From: Candidatus Omnitrophota bacterium
GTDB taxonomy: Bacteria; Omnitrophota; Gorgyraeia; Zapsychrales; Zapsychraceae
Length of the DNA: 64,000 nt
Direction of reading: 5' to 3'
Assembly (NCBI GenBank): GCA_015233405.1
Contig: JADFXT010000009.1
Location: 10,446-74,445 of the forward strand
In this document: positions 55,071-64,000 of the stretch, in pieces
Position numbering within the stretch: position 1 is the first letter of the stretch
How the letters are laid out: each line of letters opens with the position of its first letter
Program-made: the position numbers and the translations under genes
The notes under the pieces: model-generated
The model's database searches: none
What the model saw: the letters and a program-made list of their open reading frames with translations, nothing else
Told to the model about the DNA's origin: nothing

Positions 55071-57032
55071 ATGGCAAAAGCAATTGTGATTGTGGAGTCT
55101 CCGACGAAAGTCAAAACGATTAATAAAATCCTTGGCGCGAAGTTCAAGGTTGTATCCTCCATGGGGCATTTAATTGACCTGCCTAAGTCGACCTTAGGCG
55201 TGGATGTCGAGAAAAATTTTGAGCCCAACTTTATTGTGGTCAGGAGCAAATCCAAGATCTTAACGCAACTAAAAAAGGATACCGCCGCGGCCAAAGAGAT
55301 TTATGTGGCGACTGACCCTGACCGTGAAGGAGAGGCGATTGGCTGGAACCTCGTCACCCAAATCGGAAAAGGCAAAAAGATTTTCCGTGTGACCTTTCAG
55401 GAAATCACCAAAGAAGCGGTTTTAAAGGCATTCGAGCATCCGCGGGAATTTGATCAGAAACTTATTAATGCCCAGGTCGCTCGTCGGATTTTAGACAGGA
55501 TCGTCGGGTATAAATTGAGTCCTGTGTTATGGAAAAAAGTAGGCTCCCGTTTAAGCGCCGGGCGTGTTCAATCGGTTGCGCTGCGCATTCTCGTTGAGCG
55601 TGAAAGGGAAATCACTCGTTTTGTCCCTGAAGAATATTGGCAGATCGCCGTGGACCTTAAGAAAGAAGGCTATGATCAACCTCTTGCCGCGTCTTTAGAA
55701 CGCATTGATAAGGAAAAATTCAAGATCAGTTCTCAGAATGAAGCCAACACACTCGTCGAGGAAATTAAACAGCAAGATTTTAACGTGACGCTGGTTTCTG
55801 AGCGGGAAGTCAAGCGCAATCCTAATCCGCCTTTTATTACCAGTACGCTCCAGCAGGAGGCTTTTAATAAACTGAGATTTAACGCCGAGCGCACCATGCG
55901 CATCGCCCAGGAATTGTATGAAGGTGTTGAATTAGGCGATGGAGAAACCGTGGGTCTTATCACCTATATGAGAACGGATTCCGTCAACATTTCCCAGGAG
56001 GCATTGTTAAAGGTGCGGGAGTTCATTAAAACAAATTACGGCGCGAAATATTTGCCGGAAGAGCCCAATAAATATAAGTCCCGTAAGTCCGCCCAGGAAG
56101 CGCATGAAGCGATTCGTCCGGCGAGCGTCTTAAGAAGCCCTCAGGATATTCAGCGGTTTTTAGAGCCGGATCAATACAAACTTTACGCGCTTATCTGGAA
56201 CCGTTTCGTCAGCTGTCAGATGACGCCGGCAGTTTATAAATATAAGAAGATCGAAATTACCGCCGGACGTTTTCAATTCGGCGCTTCCGGCTCCACATTG
56301 GTTTTTGATGGATTCTTGACGGTCAATAGTGAAGACCGGGAAGAAGAATCCGCGCTTGATTTTTCTCATTACACTCAAGGCGACAGGCTTTCTTTGATGG
56401 AAATGAAACCTACTCAGCATTTTACCAAACCACCGGCACGGTTTTCCGACGCGAGTTTGGTCAAAGCTCTTGAAGAAGACGGCATTGGCCGCCCGAGTAC
56501 GTATGCCTCCATTATCCATACGCTTGTTTTTCGTAATTATGTCGTCCGGGACCGCGGGTATTTTACGCCGACGGAATTGGGCATCAAGATCTGCGATTTG
56601 TTGGTGGAATATTTTGCCAAGGTCATGGACATCGGATTTACCGCAAAAATGGAAGAGGAGTTGGATTCGGTCGAAGAAGGCGTGCTGGAATATCCGAAGC
56701 TTTTAGACGAGTTTTATCAGCCGTTTAAAGAGGAGTTGGATTTTGCCGAGAAGAATATCGAGAAGACCCATAATTTTATTGATAAAAAATGCCCGTTATG
56801 CCAACGGCAAATGGTCGTGAAATGGGGGCGGCGGGGAAAATTTTTAAGTTGCTCCGGCTTTCCGGCGTGCAAACATGCGGAATCTTTTACGTCGGGCGTC
56901 AAATGCCCGCAAGAAGGATGTACCGGCGAGCTCGTTGAGCGCCGGTCGAAGAAAGGCCAGATGTTTTACGGCTGCAGCCGTTATCCTCAGTGTACTTTTA
57001 TAGCTAACGAACTACCGAAGGTAAATAGTTAA
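55071..57032 (+). CDS. topA: DNA topoisomerase I (type IA), compact form with C-terminal zinc ribbons
   Basis: The Toprim N-terminus is IVESPTKVKTINKILG...ATDPDREGEAIGW. The active-site region is GLITYMRTDS. C-terminal zinc ribbons are CPLCQRQ...CSGFPACKH and CPQEGC...CSRYPQC. Confidence 0.92.
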   Translation: MAKAIVIVESPTKVKTINKILGAKFKVVSSMGHLIDLPKSTLGVDVEKNFEPNFIVVRSKSKILTQLKKDTAAAKEIYVATDPDREGEAIGWNLVTQIGKGKKIFRVTFQEITKEAVLKAFEHPREFDQKLINAQVARRILDRIVGYKLSPVLWKKVGSRLSAGRVQSVALRILVEREREITRFVPEEYWQIAVDLKKEGYDQPLAASLERIDKEKFKISSQNEANTLVEEIKQQDFNVTLVSEREVKRNPNPPFITSTLQQEAFNKLRFNAERTMRIAQELYEGVELGDGETVGLITYMRTDSVNISQEALLKVREFIKTNYGAKYLPEEPNKYKSRKSAQEAHEAIRPASVLRSPQDIQRFLEPDQYKLYALIWNRFVSCQMTPAVYKYKKIEITAGRFQFGASGSTLVFDGFLTVNSEDREEESALDFSHYTQGDRLSLMEMKPTQHFTKPPARFSDASLVKALEEDGIGRPSTYASIIHTLVFRNYVVRDRGYFTPTELGIKICDLLVEYFAKVMDIGFTAKMEEELDSVEEGVLEYPKLLDEFYQPFKEELDFAEKNIEKTHNFIDKKCPLCQRQMVVKWGRRGKFLSCSGFPACKHAESFTSGVKCPQEGCTGELVERRSKKGQMFYGCSRYPQCTFIANELPKVNS

Positions 57033-57059
57033 GAAATAAAAAAGAAATATTTTTTTTGT

Positions 57060-57141
57060 TGTCATCCCCGCAATTTTTAGGCGGGGATCCACTGACTGAT
57101 TTAGTCCTCGTCGGAAATCTCTATGCCTGGATTTCATGACA
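57060..57141. repeat. MITE/REP-like palindromic element, copy 6 (right half truncated)
   Basis: TGTCATCCCCGCAATTTTTAGGCGGGGATCCAC ... TGGATTTCATGACA. The terminal ATGACA supplies the ATG (57136) that the ORF track uses as the xerC start. Confidence 0.7.
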
Positions 57142-57171
57142 GAGATGGAGTGGGAAGAGGCCAGCATTTTT

Positions 57172-58032
57172 ATGAACCGTTACATCGACAAATTTATCTC
57201 TTACCTTGAGATCGAGAAGAATTATTCGCCGCATACACTTCTCAATTACCGTCTGGATTTGGAGGAGTTTTTTAAATTTGCCGGAGAGATCCCTGTTGAA
57301 AAGATTGATTATCTGTTGTTCAGACGATTTTTGGCAGAATTGCGTAACCATCAACACCGGCCGCGGACCTTGTCGAGAAAACTGTCTTCTTTAAGGAGCC
57401 TTTTTAAATTTTTGCATCGCGAAGGACATATTAAGAGCAATCCGTCGGTCCTCTTGATGTCGCCTAAACTAGATAAAACTTTGCCGAAATTCTTGTCGGA
57501 AGAAGATATGGCGAAATTCATTGAAGCTCCGGATCTGGCGACGGACATGGGAAAAAGAGATAAGGCGATTTTGGAATTGCTTTATAGCTCCGGGATCCGC
57601 GTCAGCGAGTTGGTTGGCCTTGATGTTCGTGATGTGGATCTGATCGGCAATATCGCCAAGGTCGCCGGTAAAGGAAAGAAAGAACGGCTTGTTCCTATCG
57701 GAGATAAGGCGGTTTTGGCCATTAAACATTATCTGGATCTAAGGAAAGACCCATCCGGCGCATTATTTTTAAATAGAAGCCAAACGCGATTGACCGACCG
57801 GAGTATCCGTAATATCGTCAATAAATATATGACCTTAGCGTGTTTGAACCAGAATATTTCTCCGCATGTCCTCAGGCATTCGTTTGCGACGCATATGCTG
57901 GACCGGGGCGCGGATCTTCGTTCCGTGCAGGAATTATTGGGCCATGTGAATCTTTCGACAACGCAGATTTACACGCATGTGACAACGGATAGATTAAAAA
58001 AAGTTTACGATAAAGCCCATCCGAGGGCGTAA
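57172..58032 (+). CDS. xerC: Tyrosine recombinase XerC/XerD family
   Basis: The N-terminus MNRYIDKFISYLEIEKNYSPHTLLNYRLDL is typical. The catalytic motifs are SGIRVSEL (Arg), HVLRHSFATH (H-x-x-R) and LGHVNLSTTQIYTHV (Tyr). The alternative start 57136 lies inside a repeat element. Confidence 0.85.
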   Translation: MNRYIDKFISYLEIEKNYSPHTLLNYRLDLEEFFKFAGEIPVEKIDYLLFRRFLAELRNHQHRPRTLSRKLSSLRSLFKFLHREGHIKSNPSVLLMSPKLDKTLPKFLSEEDMAKFIEAPDLATDMGKRDKAILELLYSSGIRVSELVGLDVRDVDLIGNIAKVAGKGKKERLVPIGDKAVLAIKHYLDLRKDPSGALFLNRSQTRLTDRSIRNIVNKYMTLACLNQNISPHVLRHSFATHMLDRGADLRSVQELLGHVNLSTTQIYTHVTTDRLKKVYDKAHPRA

Positions 58033-58038
58033 AAACAT

Positions 58039-59301
58039 ATGTTCATCCTCTACGATATTATTTTCATCCTTTTTGCCTTGATGTATTTTCCGTACTTGCT
58101 CATTAAAGGCAAGTGGCATAAGGATTTTTTGTCTCGATTTGGCGGGTTTTCGAAAGAGATAGAAGAGCGTTTATGCTTAAAACCGAACATCTGGATTCAC
58201 GCGGTGAGCGTCGGCGAGATCCTTGTGGTTCTGGGTTTGATCGATAAGATCAAGGAGAGATTTGTTCACTACCAGATCGTTTGTTCAACGGTCACAAAAA
58301 CAGGTTATGATCTTGCGCAAACGAAATTGCCTAAAGACGTTATCGTGGTTTATGCGCCGTTTGATTTAAGTTTAAGCGTGCGACGATATATTGATCTGAT
58401 CAAGCCTCGCATTTATATTTCTTCGGAAACAGAGATCTGGCCCAATATTTACACGGCGCTGGCGAACAATAATATTCCCGTTGTTCTGATCAACGGCCGC
58501 ATTTCCGACAAGGCGTATAAGGGATACAAAGGAGTTTTGGTCTTAACGCGGAAGGTTTTAAAGTGTGTTCAGGCATTTTGCATGCAAAGTGAAATGGATG
58601 CCAGCCGTGTTTTGTCCTTAGGTGCGGATTCTAAGAAGGTTCATGTGGTCGGGAATCTAAAGTTTGACGTCGATATCGATGCTGAGGCAATATCATTAAA
58701 AAAATTAGGGTTTTCGTCTGAAAATAAAATCCTCCTCGCTGGAAGCACTCACCAGGGGGAAGAAGAAATCCTTATCGATATTTATAAAAAGTTGTCCGCT
58801 GAATTTAAGGATTTACGGTTGATGATCGCCCCCAGGCATCCTGAGCGGGCAGAAGGAATTTGTCAGCTTGTTCAAAAAAGCGGGTTTCATCCTATTAAAT
58901 TTTCGAAGATCACGGTTGAGAAAATGAATCAGGATGCGATTGTGGTGGTCGATTCGATCGGGCAGCTGAGAAATCTCTACAGCATCGCCGCGCTTGTGTT
59001 CGTGGGAAAAAGTTTTGTTAAAGGCGGTGGGCAGAATATGATCGAACCGGTTTATTTCGGTAAGCCGACGTTCGTTGGCCCGAGAACGGATAATTTTAAG
59101 GATGTCACGAGGGTCCTTCTTAAGGAAAATGTTCTCGTGCAGGTTAAGGACCCGGAAGAATTGCTTCGGGAAATGAAGGCCATGCTTCAGAATCCACAAC
59201 GGCAAAAAGCCATCAGCCAGACGGGAAAACAGGTTTTAATGAGTTACCGGGGTGCGACAGTAAGAACGTTAAGAATTATTTCGGATTTTTTGAAAGATTA
59301 A
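58039..59301 (+). CDS. waaA: 3-deoxy-D-manno-octulosonic acid (Kdo) transferase
   Basis: IWIHAVSVGE, ETEIWPN and the PRHPER context (IAPRHPERAE) are present. Confidence 0.9.
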   Translation: MFILYDIIFILFALMYFPYLLIKGKWHKDFLSRFGGFSKEIEERLCLKPNIWIHAVSVGEILVVLGLIDKIKERFVHYQIVCSTVTKTGYDLAQTKLPKDVIVVYAPFDLSLSVRRYIDLIKPRIYISSETEIWPNIYTALANNNIPVVLINGRISDKAYKGYKGVLVLTRKVLKCVQAFCMQSEMDASRVLSLGADSKKVHVVGNLKFDVDIDAEAISLKKLGFSSENKILLAGSTHQGEEEILIDIYKKLSAEFKDLRLMIAPRHPERAEGICQLVQKSGFHPIKFSKITVEKMNQDAIVVVDSIGQLRNLYSIAALVFVGKSFVKGGGQNMIEPVYFGKPTFVGPRTDNFKDVTRVLLKENVLVQVKDPEELLREMKAMLQNPQRQKAISQTGKQVLMSYRGATVRTLRIISDFLKD

Positions 59302-59304
59302 GCG

Positions 59305-60369
59305 ATGAGGCAATATCTTTATTTAGTCATGACCGACCAGATCGACGGAGCGCTTGCTTGTGTGGTCAAGATAGCGCTGTGGATCCTTTCTGTCTTTTAT
59401 GGGATGTTGGTGCGCGGGAATGTCTGGCTTTATAAGATAAAAATCAAAAAGCAGACGAGGCTTCCTAAACCGGTTATTAGCGTCGGGAACATGACTTGGG
59501 GCGGAGCGGGAAAAACGCCGTTGGTGGAATATTTGGCCAAGGTCATAAAGCAGATGGGGTATAAGCCGGTCATTTTGACGCGAGGGTATATGGGCGGGAA
59601 AAATAGGCAGATAGAAAGTGACGAGGCTAAAATGCTTGAAGGGTCTTTAGGCGATGTCCCGGTTCTCGTCGGGCCTAATCGCGCTAAGAACGCGTTAGAA
59701 TTTCTTAAAACTCATCCGGCGGATGTTTTTATCCTGGATGATGGATTTCAGCATTTGTGTCTTTATCGAGATCTTAATCTCGTTGCCATAGACGCCATGA
59801 ATCCGTGGGGAAATACATTTTTATTGCCTCGGGGGATTTTACGGGAATCCCTCGACGCGCTTCAAAGGGCAGATATGTTTATTGTGACCAAGAAAGACTT
59901 GGCAGACAAAAATACGTTAAAAGAACTTAAAGGGCAGTTAGCCAGCATTCTCCCACAAAAGCCGGTGATTGAAGCTAATCATCACTCTGTGGATTTATGG
60001 GACCTGCGCACGCAGGAAACAAAGGAACTGTCATTTATCGCCGGGAAAAATGTTTGCTGTTTCTGTAGTATCGCGAGTCCTCAATCTTTTGAGCAGGTCT
60101 TGATCGATCTTAAGGCGCATATTCAAAAAAAGATTGTTTTTCTGGACCATCACGTTTATGAAAAGAATGATGTGGAAGAGATCGTTCAATATTGCCGGCG
60201 ATACCGGATTGCTATTTTAGTGACAACCATGAAAGATGCAGTTAAAATAAAAAAGTTTTTAGATCACATTGATGAGAATATATTGATATTGGCACTACGG
60301 ATTGAAATATCCGTTCAAGACGGAAAGGACGTTCTCTTTGGAAGAATATCTTCTCTTATCCAGCATTAA
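59305..60369 (+). CDS. lpxK: Tetraacyldisaccharide 4'-kinase
   Basis: VISVGNMTWGGAGKTP (P-loop), ILTRGY and ILDDGFQH are present. Confidence 0.9.
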   Translation: MRQYLYLVMTDQIDGALACVVKIALWILSVFYGMLVRGNVWLYKIKIKKQTRLPKPVISVGNMTWGGAGKTPLVEYLAKVIKQMGYKPVILTRGYMGGKNRQIESDEAKMLEGSLGDVPVLVGPNRAKNALEFLKTHPADVFILDDGFQHLCLYRDLNLVAIDAMNPWGNTFLLPRGILRESLDALQRADMFIVTKKDLADKNTLKELKGQLASILPQKPVIEANHHSVDLWDLRTQETKELSFIAGKNVCCFCSIASPQSFEQVLIDLKAHIQKKIVFLDHHVYEKNDVEEIVQYCRRYRIAILVTTMKDAVKIKKFLDHIDENILILALRIEISVQDGKDVLFGRISSLIQH

Positions 60370-62302
60370 AGTTTTGGCAAAGATTGTTTGCCTTTTGCCT
60401 CTGAGGCTGGTTTTATGGATAGGCAAAGGTTTAGGCCTTGTCGCGTACTATCTTGCGCCTAAGCCTAGAAGCTTGGTCTATTCAAGCCTCAAGATGGCGT
60501 TTGCAGATTCCAAATCTCCTCAAGAAATCAAACAAATCACGAAACGGGTATTTCAGAATTACAGCCAGAATGTGCTTGATTTGATGCGCATGCCTTGTTT
60601 GACGCCGGAGAAGTTTCAAGCCTTGGTCCTCTTTGAGGGCAAAGAAAATATCCAGGAGGCTTTGGCTAAAGGAAACGGGGTGATTCTTTTGGCCATGCAC
60701 TTCGGAAGCTGGGAAATGGCCAGCATTTCATGTGCCATGCTGGGATATCCGTATAAAGTCATGGTCCGAGCTCAGGAAAAGTATTCGAAGATCGACGATC
60801 TTTTGAATTCTTACCGGTCATGCGGCGGGTCGATTGTTTTGTCCAGGGGAATGGGAACTCGCGACTTGATCAAGTCTTTAAAAAATAATGAAGTTGTCGG
60901 CATGGTTGTGGACCAGGGCGGCAAGGATGGAACGGTTGTTCCGTTTTTCGGCCGCGGAGCTTCGCTGTCCGACGGAGCGGTACGATTGGCGCTCAAATTA
61001 GACGTGCCGTTATGTTTTTCCATCATTGTCCGGGAACAGGGTTCTCGGCACCGCATTATTATTAATAAAGCCATGGAGCTTGAACGCACGGGAGACATTG
61101 AGGCGGATATTAAGGCTAATCTCATTAAGATTTCTAAACTCATGGAAAATTACGTCCGTCTTTATCCGGCGGAGTATATGTGGTTCTATAAAACTTGGAA
61201 ATATTCTGACCAGTCGAATATTGTTATCTTGGACGACGGACGCACAGGACATTTAAGGCAGTCAGAAACGGTAGCAAAAATGATTGAGAAGGCTTTGGCT
61301 GAGCGTAAGATTACGACGACGGTGGAGGTCCTGCCGGTTTCATTTAAAACAAAAACGCATCAGGCGGCTTTTTCCCTGATGAGTTTTTTGCCGTTTTTAT
61401 CTTGGGGGCAATCTCGGTTGGGATTTTTAAGACATTTCCTGACACCGGAATCCTATACAGCATTGACTAAGGTCAAGGCGGATTTTGTTGTCTCCTGCGG
61501 GTCTATGACCTCTGGCGTCAACTATATGTTTTCCCTGGATACACGTGCTAAAAGCCTTGTGATCTTACGCCCTGGCGCCTGGGGATACAAAAGATTCGAC
61601 AGGGTGATTTTACCGCAGCACGATTATGTGCCGGCGCATCAAAAGTATTCCAATATCATCAAGACGAATGCGGCGCCTAATTTGATCGACGCGCAATATT
61701 TATCTGAGCAAAAAGAGCTGCTTTTAAAAAGGTATTCTCATTTAAGAGACCATGGGAGATTTAAAATAGGATTGCTGGTCGGTGGCGATGCTAAAAATTT
61801 GTATTTAAGCGAACAGCAAATGCGCATTCTTGTTCATCAGATTCAGAATATTTGTACGGACATGAAAGTTGAGGTGATCGTCTCAACATCGCGCCGCACG
61901 CCGTCGTCCATCGAGCAAATCCTGATCAGAGAGCTGCAGAAGAAAGATTATTGTCCTTTGCTGGTCGTGGCGAACCAAAAGAATATCCCCGAGGCCGTCG
62001 GAGGGATCTTGGGCCTTTGCGATTTGATCATTGTCTCGGGAGACAGCATTTCCATGGTTTCGGAAGCCGCCAGTTCCGGGAAAAATACGATCGTCTTTGA
62101 AGCGCAAGCCAAGACGGGCGTTTCCCAAAAAACGAATAAGCATAATTTATTTATTCATAAGCTCCACCAAGAAGGTTTTGTCATTTGCTCTGATGTCAAG
62201 AATATGGGTGAGACCATTTTTAATGTCATCAAAGGAAAAATGAAGACCAGAAAAATCAATGACCAAGATATTATTTTTGAGTCAGCTAAAAGGGTGATCT
62301 AA
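60302..62302 (+). CDS. Fusion protein: lipid A biosynthesis (LpxL/HtrB-like) lysophospholipid acyltransferase domain plus ELM1/DUF1022-like domain
   Basis: The N-terminal half has LAMHFGSWE (H-x4-E-type acyltransferase motif), VDQGG and ...YPAEYMWFYKTWKY. From about nt 61205 the pattern NIVILDDGRTGHLRQSETVAKMI... is ELM1-like. The track start overlaps lpxK by 68 nt, so the true start may be later, for example TTG near 60338. Confidence 0.65.
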   Translation: MKYPFKTERTFSLEEYLLLSSIKVLAKIVCLLPLRLVLWIGKGLGLVAYYLAPKPRSLVYSSLKMAFADSKSPQEIKQITKRVFQNYSQNVLDLMRMPCLTPEKFQALVLFEGKENIQEALAKGNGVILLAMHFGSWEMASISCAMLGYPYKVMVRAQEKYSKIDDLLNSYRSCGGSIVLSRGMGTRDLIKSLKNNEVVGMVVDQGGKDGTVVPFFGRGASLSDGAVRLALKLDVPLCFSIIVREQGSRHRIIINKAMELERTGDIEADIKANLIKISKLMENYVRLYPAEYMWFYKTWKYSDQSNIVILDDGRTGHLRQSETVAKMIEKALAERKITTTVEVLPVSFKTKTHQAAFSLMSFLPFLSWGQSRLGFLRHFLTPESYTALTKVKADFVVSCGSMTSGVNYMFSLDTRAKSLVILRPGAWGYKRFDRVILPQHDYVPAHQKYSNIIKTNAAPNLIDAQYLSEQKELLLKRYSHLRDHGRFKIGLLVGGDAKNLYLSEQQMRILVHQIQNICTDMKVEVIVSTSRRTPSSIEQILIRELQKKDYCPLLVVANQKNIPEAVGGILGLCDLIIVSGDSISMVSEAASSGKNTIVFEAQAKTGVSQKTNKHNLFIHKLHQEGFVICSDVKNMGETIFNVIKGKMKTRKINDQDIIFESAKRVI

Positions 62303-62305
62303 ACA

Positions 62306-64000
62306 ATGAATGTCCTGCAGATTCTTCCAGAACTTAACGTCGGTGGGGTAGAAACCGGCACAAGTGATTTTGCTAAGTATCTTGTCGCGCATGGGCATCG
62401 GTCCGTGGTGATTTCTCACGGCGGAAGCATGGTCGCCGCCCTCGAAAAGGCCGGCAGCAAACACTATACGCTTCCGGTCCATAAAAAATCTTTGTGGGCT
62501 ATTCTTAAAAGCATTAAGGAAGTCCGTAAGATCATCCGTCAGGAAAATATTGATATCGTGCATGCGCGGTCCCGTGTTCCGGCGTGGATTGGGTATTTCG
62601 CCTGCCGCAAAACCCGCGCCGCGTTTATCACCACCTGCCACGGATATTATCGCAGCCGTCTTTTTAGCCAGATCATGGGCTGGTCGAAGTTGGTGATCGT
62701 GCCCAGCCAGGTGATCGGCCGGCATATGATCGACGATTTTAAGGTGTCGTCTAACAGTATCCGGTATATTCCCCGAAGTGTTGACCTTGAAAAATTTAAC
62801 ATTCCTCGTCAACGCAAAACCGGCGAAATGAAATGTACGATCGCCATCATCGGGCGGATCACTCCTTTAAAAGGGCACACCTATTTTTTAAAGTCCATGG
62901 TAAAGGTTGTTCGTAATTTGCCTTATGCTAAGATCTGGATTATCGGCGACGTTCCAAAGAAAAAACGGGCCTATAAACAAGAATTGGAGATCTTGGTCCA
63001 GCGGTTAGGCTTGACGAATAACGTGGAATTTTTAGGGACGCGCAAAGATATTCCGGAATTATTGTCCCAGGTCGACGTGGTTGTTTTATCCACCGTAACG
63101 GAAGAAGCCTTCGGCCGTGTGATCGTAGAAGCCCAGGCTGCTGGTGTGCCGGTTGTCGCGACGAAGGTCGGCGGTGTCGTGGATATTATTGAGGATGAAA
63201 AAACAGGCCTTTTGGTCATGGCCAAGGATACCGATGCCATGGCGAGCGCGGTCTTACGGCTCTTACGTGATAAAGCCTTTGCCGAACAAATGGCCATCGA
63301 GGCGAAGAAAAGGGTCCAGGAGCAGTTCACTTTAGAACAAATGGCTTCCCGCACGCTGGCGGTTTATGAGGAGCTTTTAAATTCCACGAATATTTTGGTG
63401 ATAAAAATCAAGGCCATTGGTGATGTGATTTTAGCTGTCCCGTCGTTAAAAGCGATCCGCGAGAATTTTCCCAAGGCAAAGATCCATTGTTTGGTCGGTC
63501 ATGAATCGCGGAAAATTTTGCAGCATTGTCCTTATATCAACGGAATTATTGTTTACGATACCAACGATAAGGGATGGTTTAAACTTTTAAAATTATCGCA
63601 GACTTTACGGAAACATCGTTTTGATAAAGTCATTGATTTTCAGAATAACCGGCGTAGCCACCTATTGGCGTTTTTAAGTTTCCCTCGGGAGAGTTATGGC
63701 TATGATAACGGAAAATGGGGAAGCCTCTTGACCAATCCTTTAAAGAAATATCGTAGTGACATCGCGGCAGTCCCGCATCAATTTCAATTGTTGGACGCGA
63801 TTGGGATCAAACATCCGTCTAATCCTTTGTTGGAATTGTGGCCTTCGGACAAAGACCACGAGCATGCGAAAAATCTTTTTGAATCAGAATGGCTCGGCAA
63901 TTGCACAAACATCGTCGGAATTAATCTTGCGGCATCGAGCAAGTGGGAGACGAAAAATTGGCCGATAGAATATATCGCTCAACTATGTGACCTTCTCGCG
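62306..64000 (+). CDS. 3'-partial ORF absent from the ORF track: GT4-family glycosyltransferase fused in frame to a GT9 (heptosyltransferase-like) domain
   Basis: My translation from ATG 62306 is MNVLQILPELNVGGVETGTSDF...EAFGRVIVEAQAAGVPVVATKVGGVVDIIEDEKTGLL (GT4 E-x7-E region)...AVYEELLNSTNILVIKIKAIGDVILAVPSLKAIRENFPKAKIHCLVG (GT9 N-terminus)... There is no stop up to nt 64000 (565 codons). I checked the frame at nt 62942 and nt 63359. Confidence 0.8.
   Translation, partial: MNVLQILPELNVGGVETGTSDFAKYLVAHGHRSVVISHGGSMVAALEKAGSKHYTLPVHKKSLWAILKSIKEVRKIIRQENIDIVHARSRVPAWIGYFACRKTRAAFITTCHGYYRSRLFSQIMGWSKLVIVPSQVIGRHMIDDFKVSSNSIRYIPRSVDLEKFNIPRQRKTGEMKCTIAIIGRITPLKGHTYFLKSMVKVVRNLPYAKIWIIGDVPKKKRAYKQELEILVQRLGLTNNVEFLGTRKDIPELLSQVDVVVLSTVTEEAFGRVIVEAQAAGVPVVATKVGGVVDIIEDEKTGLLVMAKDTDAMASAVLRLLRDKAFAEQMAIEAKKRVQEQFTLEQMASRTLAVYEELLNSTNILVIKIKAIGDVILAVPSLKAIRENFPKAKIHCLVGHESRKILQHCPYINGIIVYDTNDKGWFKLLKLSQTLRKHRFDKVIDFQNNRRSHLLAFLSFPRESYGYDNGKWGSLLTNPLKKYRSDIAAVPHQFQLLDAIGIKHPSNPLLELWPSDKDHEHAKNLFESEWLGNCTNIVGINLAASSKWETKNWPIEYIAQLCDLLA

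Noticed and set aside
57136-58032. Tyrosine recombinase as the integrase of a mobile element or island
   Set aside because: It has a typical XerC/XerD N-terminus and catalytic motifs. It sits in a housekeeping dprA-topA-xerC-waaA context with no att-like repeats, phage genes or tRNA junction adjacent.
62282-63354. Minus-strand track ORFs 62282-62812 (176 aa) and 62971-63354 (127 aa)
   Set aside because: They lie antisense to a continuous + strand ORF with clear GT4/GT9 motifs that the track omitted. Their translations are low-complexity, Arg/Ala/Ser-rich shadow sequences with no recognisable motifs.
1-64000. Known defence systems, toxin-antitoxin pairs, prophage, IS elements and secondary-metabolite clusters
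   Set aside because: I scanned all listed ORFs for nuclease, transposase, phage or biosynthetic signatures and recognised none. The accessory content here is the giant surface proteins and the small repeat elements.

Overview
This 64-kb window reads as the core chromosome of an uncultured diderm (LPS-producing) bacterium. My guess, from memory and without a search, is an Omnitrophota-like lineage. Nearly all genes are on the + strand. Recognisable housekeeping blocks are: lipid A/LPS genes (lpxB, a Gfo/Idh/MocA oxidoreductase, msbA; later waaA, lpxK, an LpxL-like/ELM1-like fusion and a GT4/GT9 fusion); rpsB-tsf-pyrH-frr; three tRNAs (Lys-UUU, Leu-UAG, Gly-GCC); a permease-less regulatory PTS set (ptsN, membrane-anchored yvcK-like, HPr, ptsI); metK-ahcY; pfkA; ilvC and leuA; aroE and aroK; a prepilin peptidase; and dprA-topA-xerC. 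Three giant ORFs sit among these. (1) nt 1-5751 is a 5'-truncated surface protein with adhesin-like domains, a very large beta-rich barrel-like region and a helical tail after the barrel signal. (2) nt 5813-12103 is a 2,096-aa secreted protein made of 17 copies of a ~48-aa TPR-like module joined by highly charged linkers. It is tightly packed with gene 1, a small secreted protein and an AsmA-like protein. (3) nt 44801-51562 is a 2,253-aa secreted protein cut into heterogeneous modules by a recurring D-x-A-M-(T/V/L) motif. These are the best candidates for undescribed biology. Other observations: a MITE/REP-like palindromic repeat family (TGTCAT...ATGACA) at six loci, one inserted in frame inside giant gene 3; a PilZ gene with no canonical start codon; and a long + strand ORF at the 3' edge that the ORF track omits. 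No CRISPR array, IS element, prophage or known defence system was recognised. All functional calls rest on motif recognition by eye and no database search was possible.
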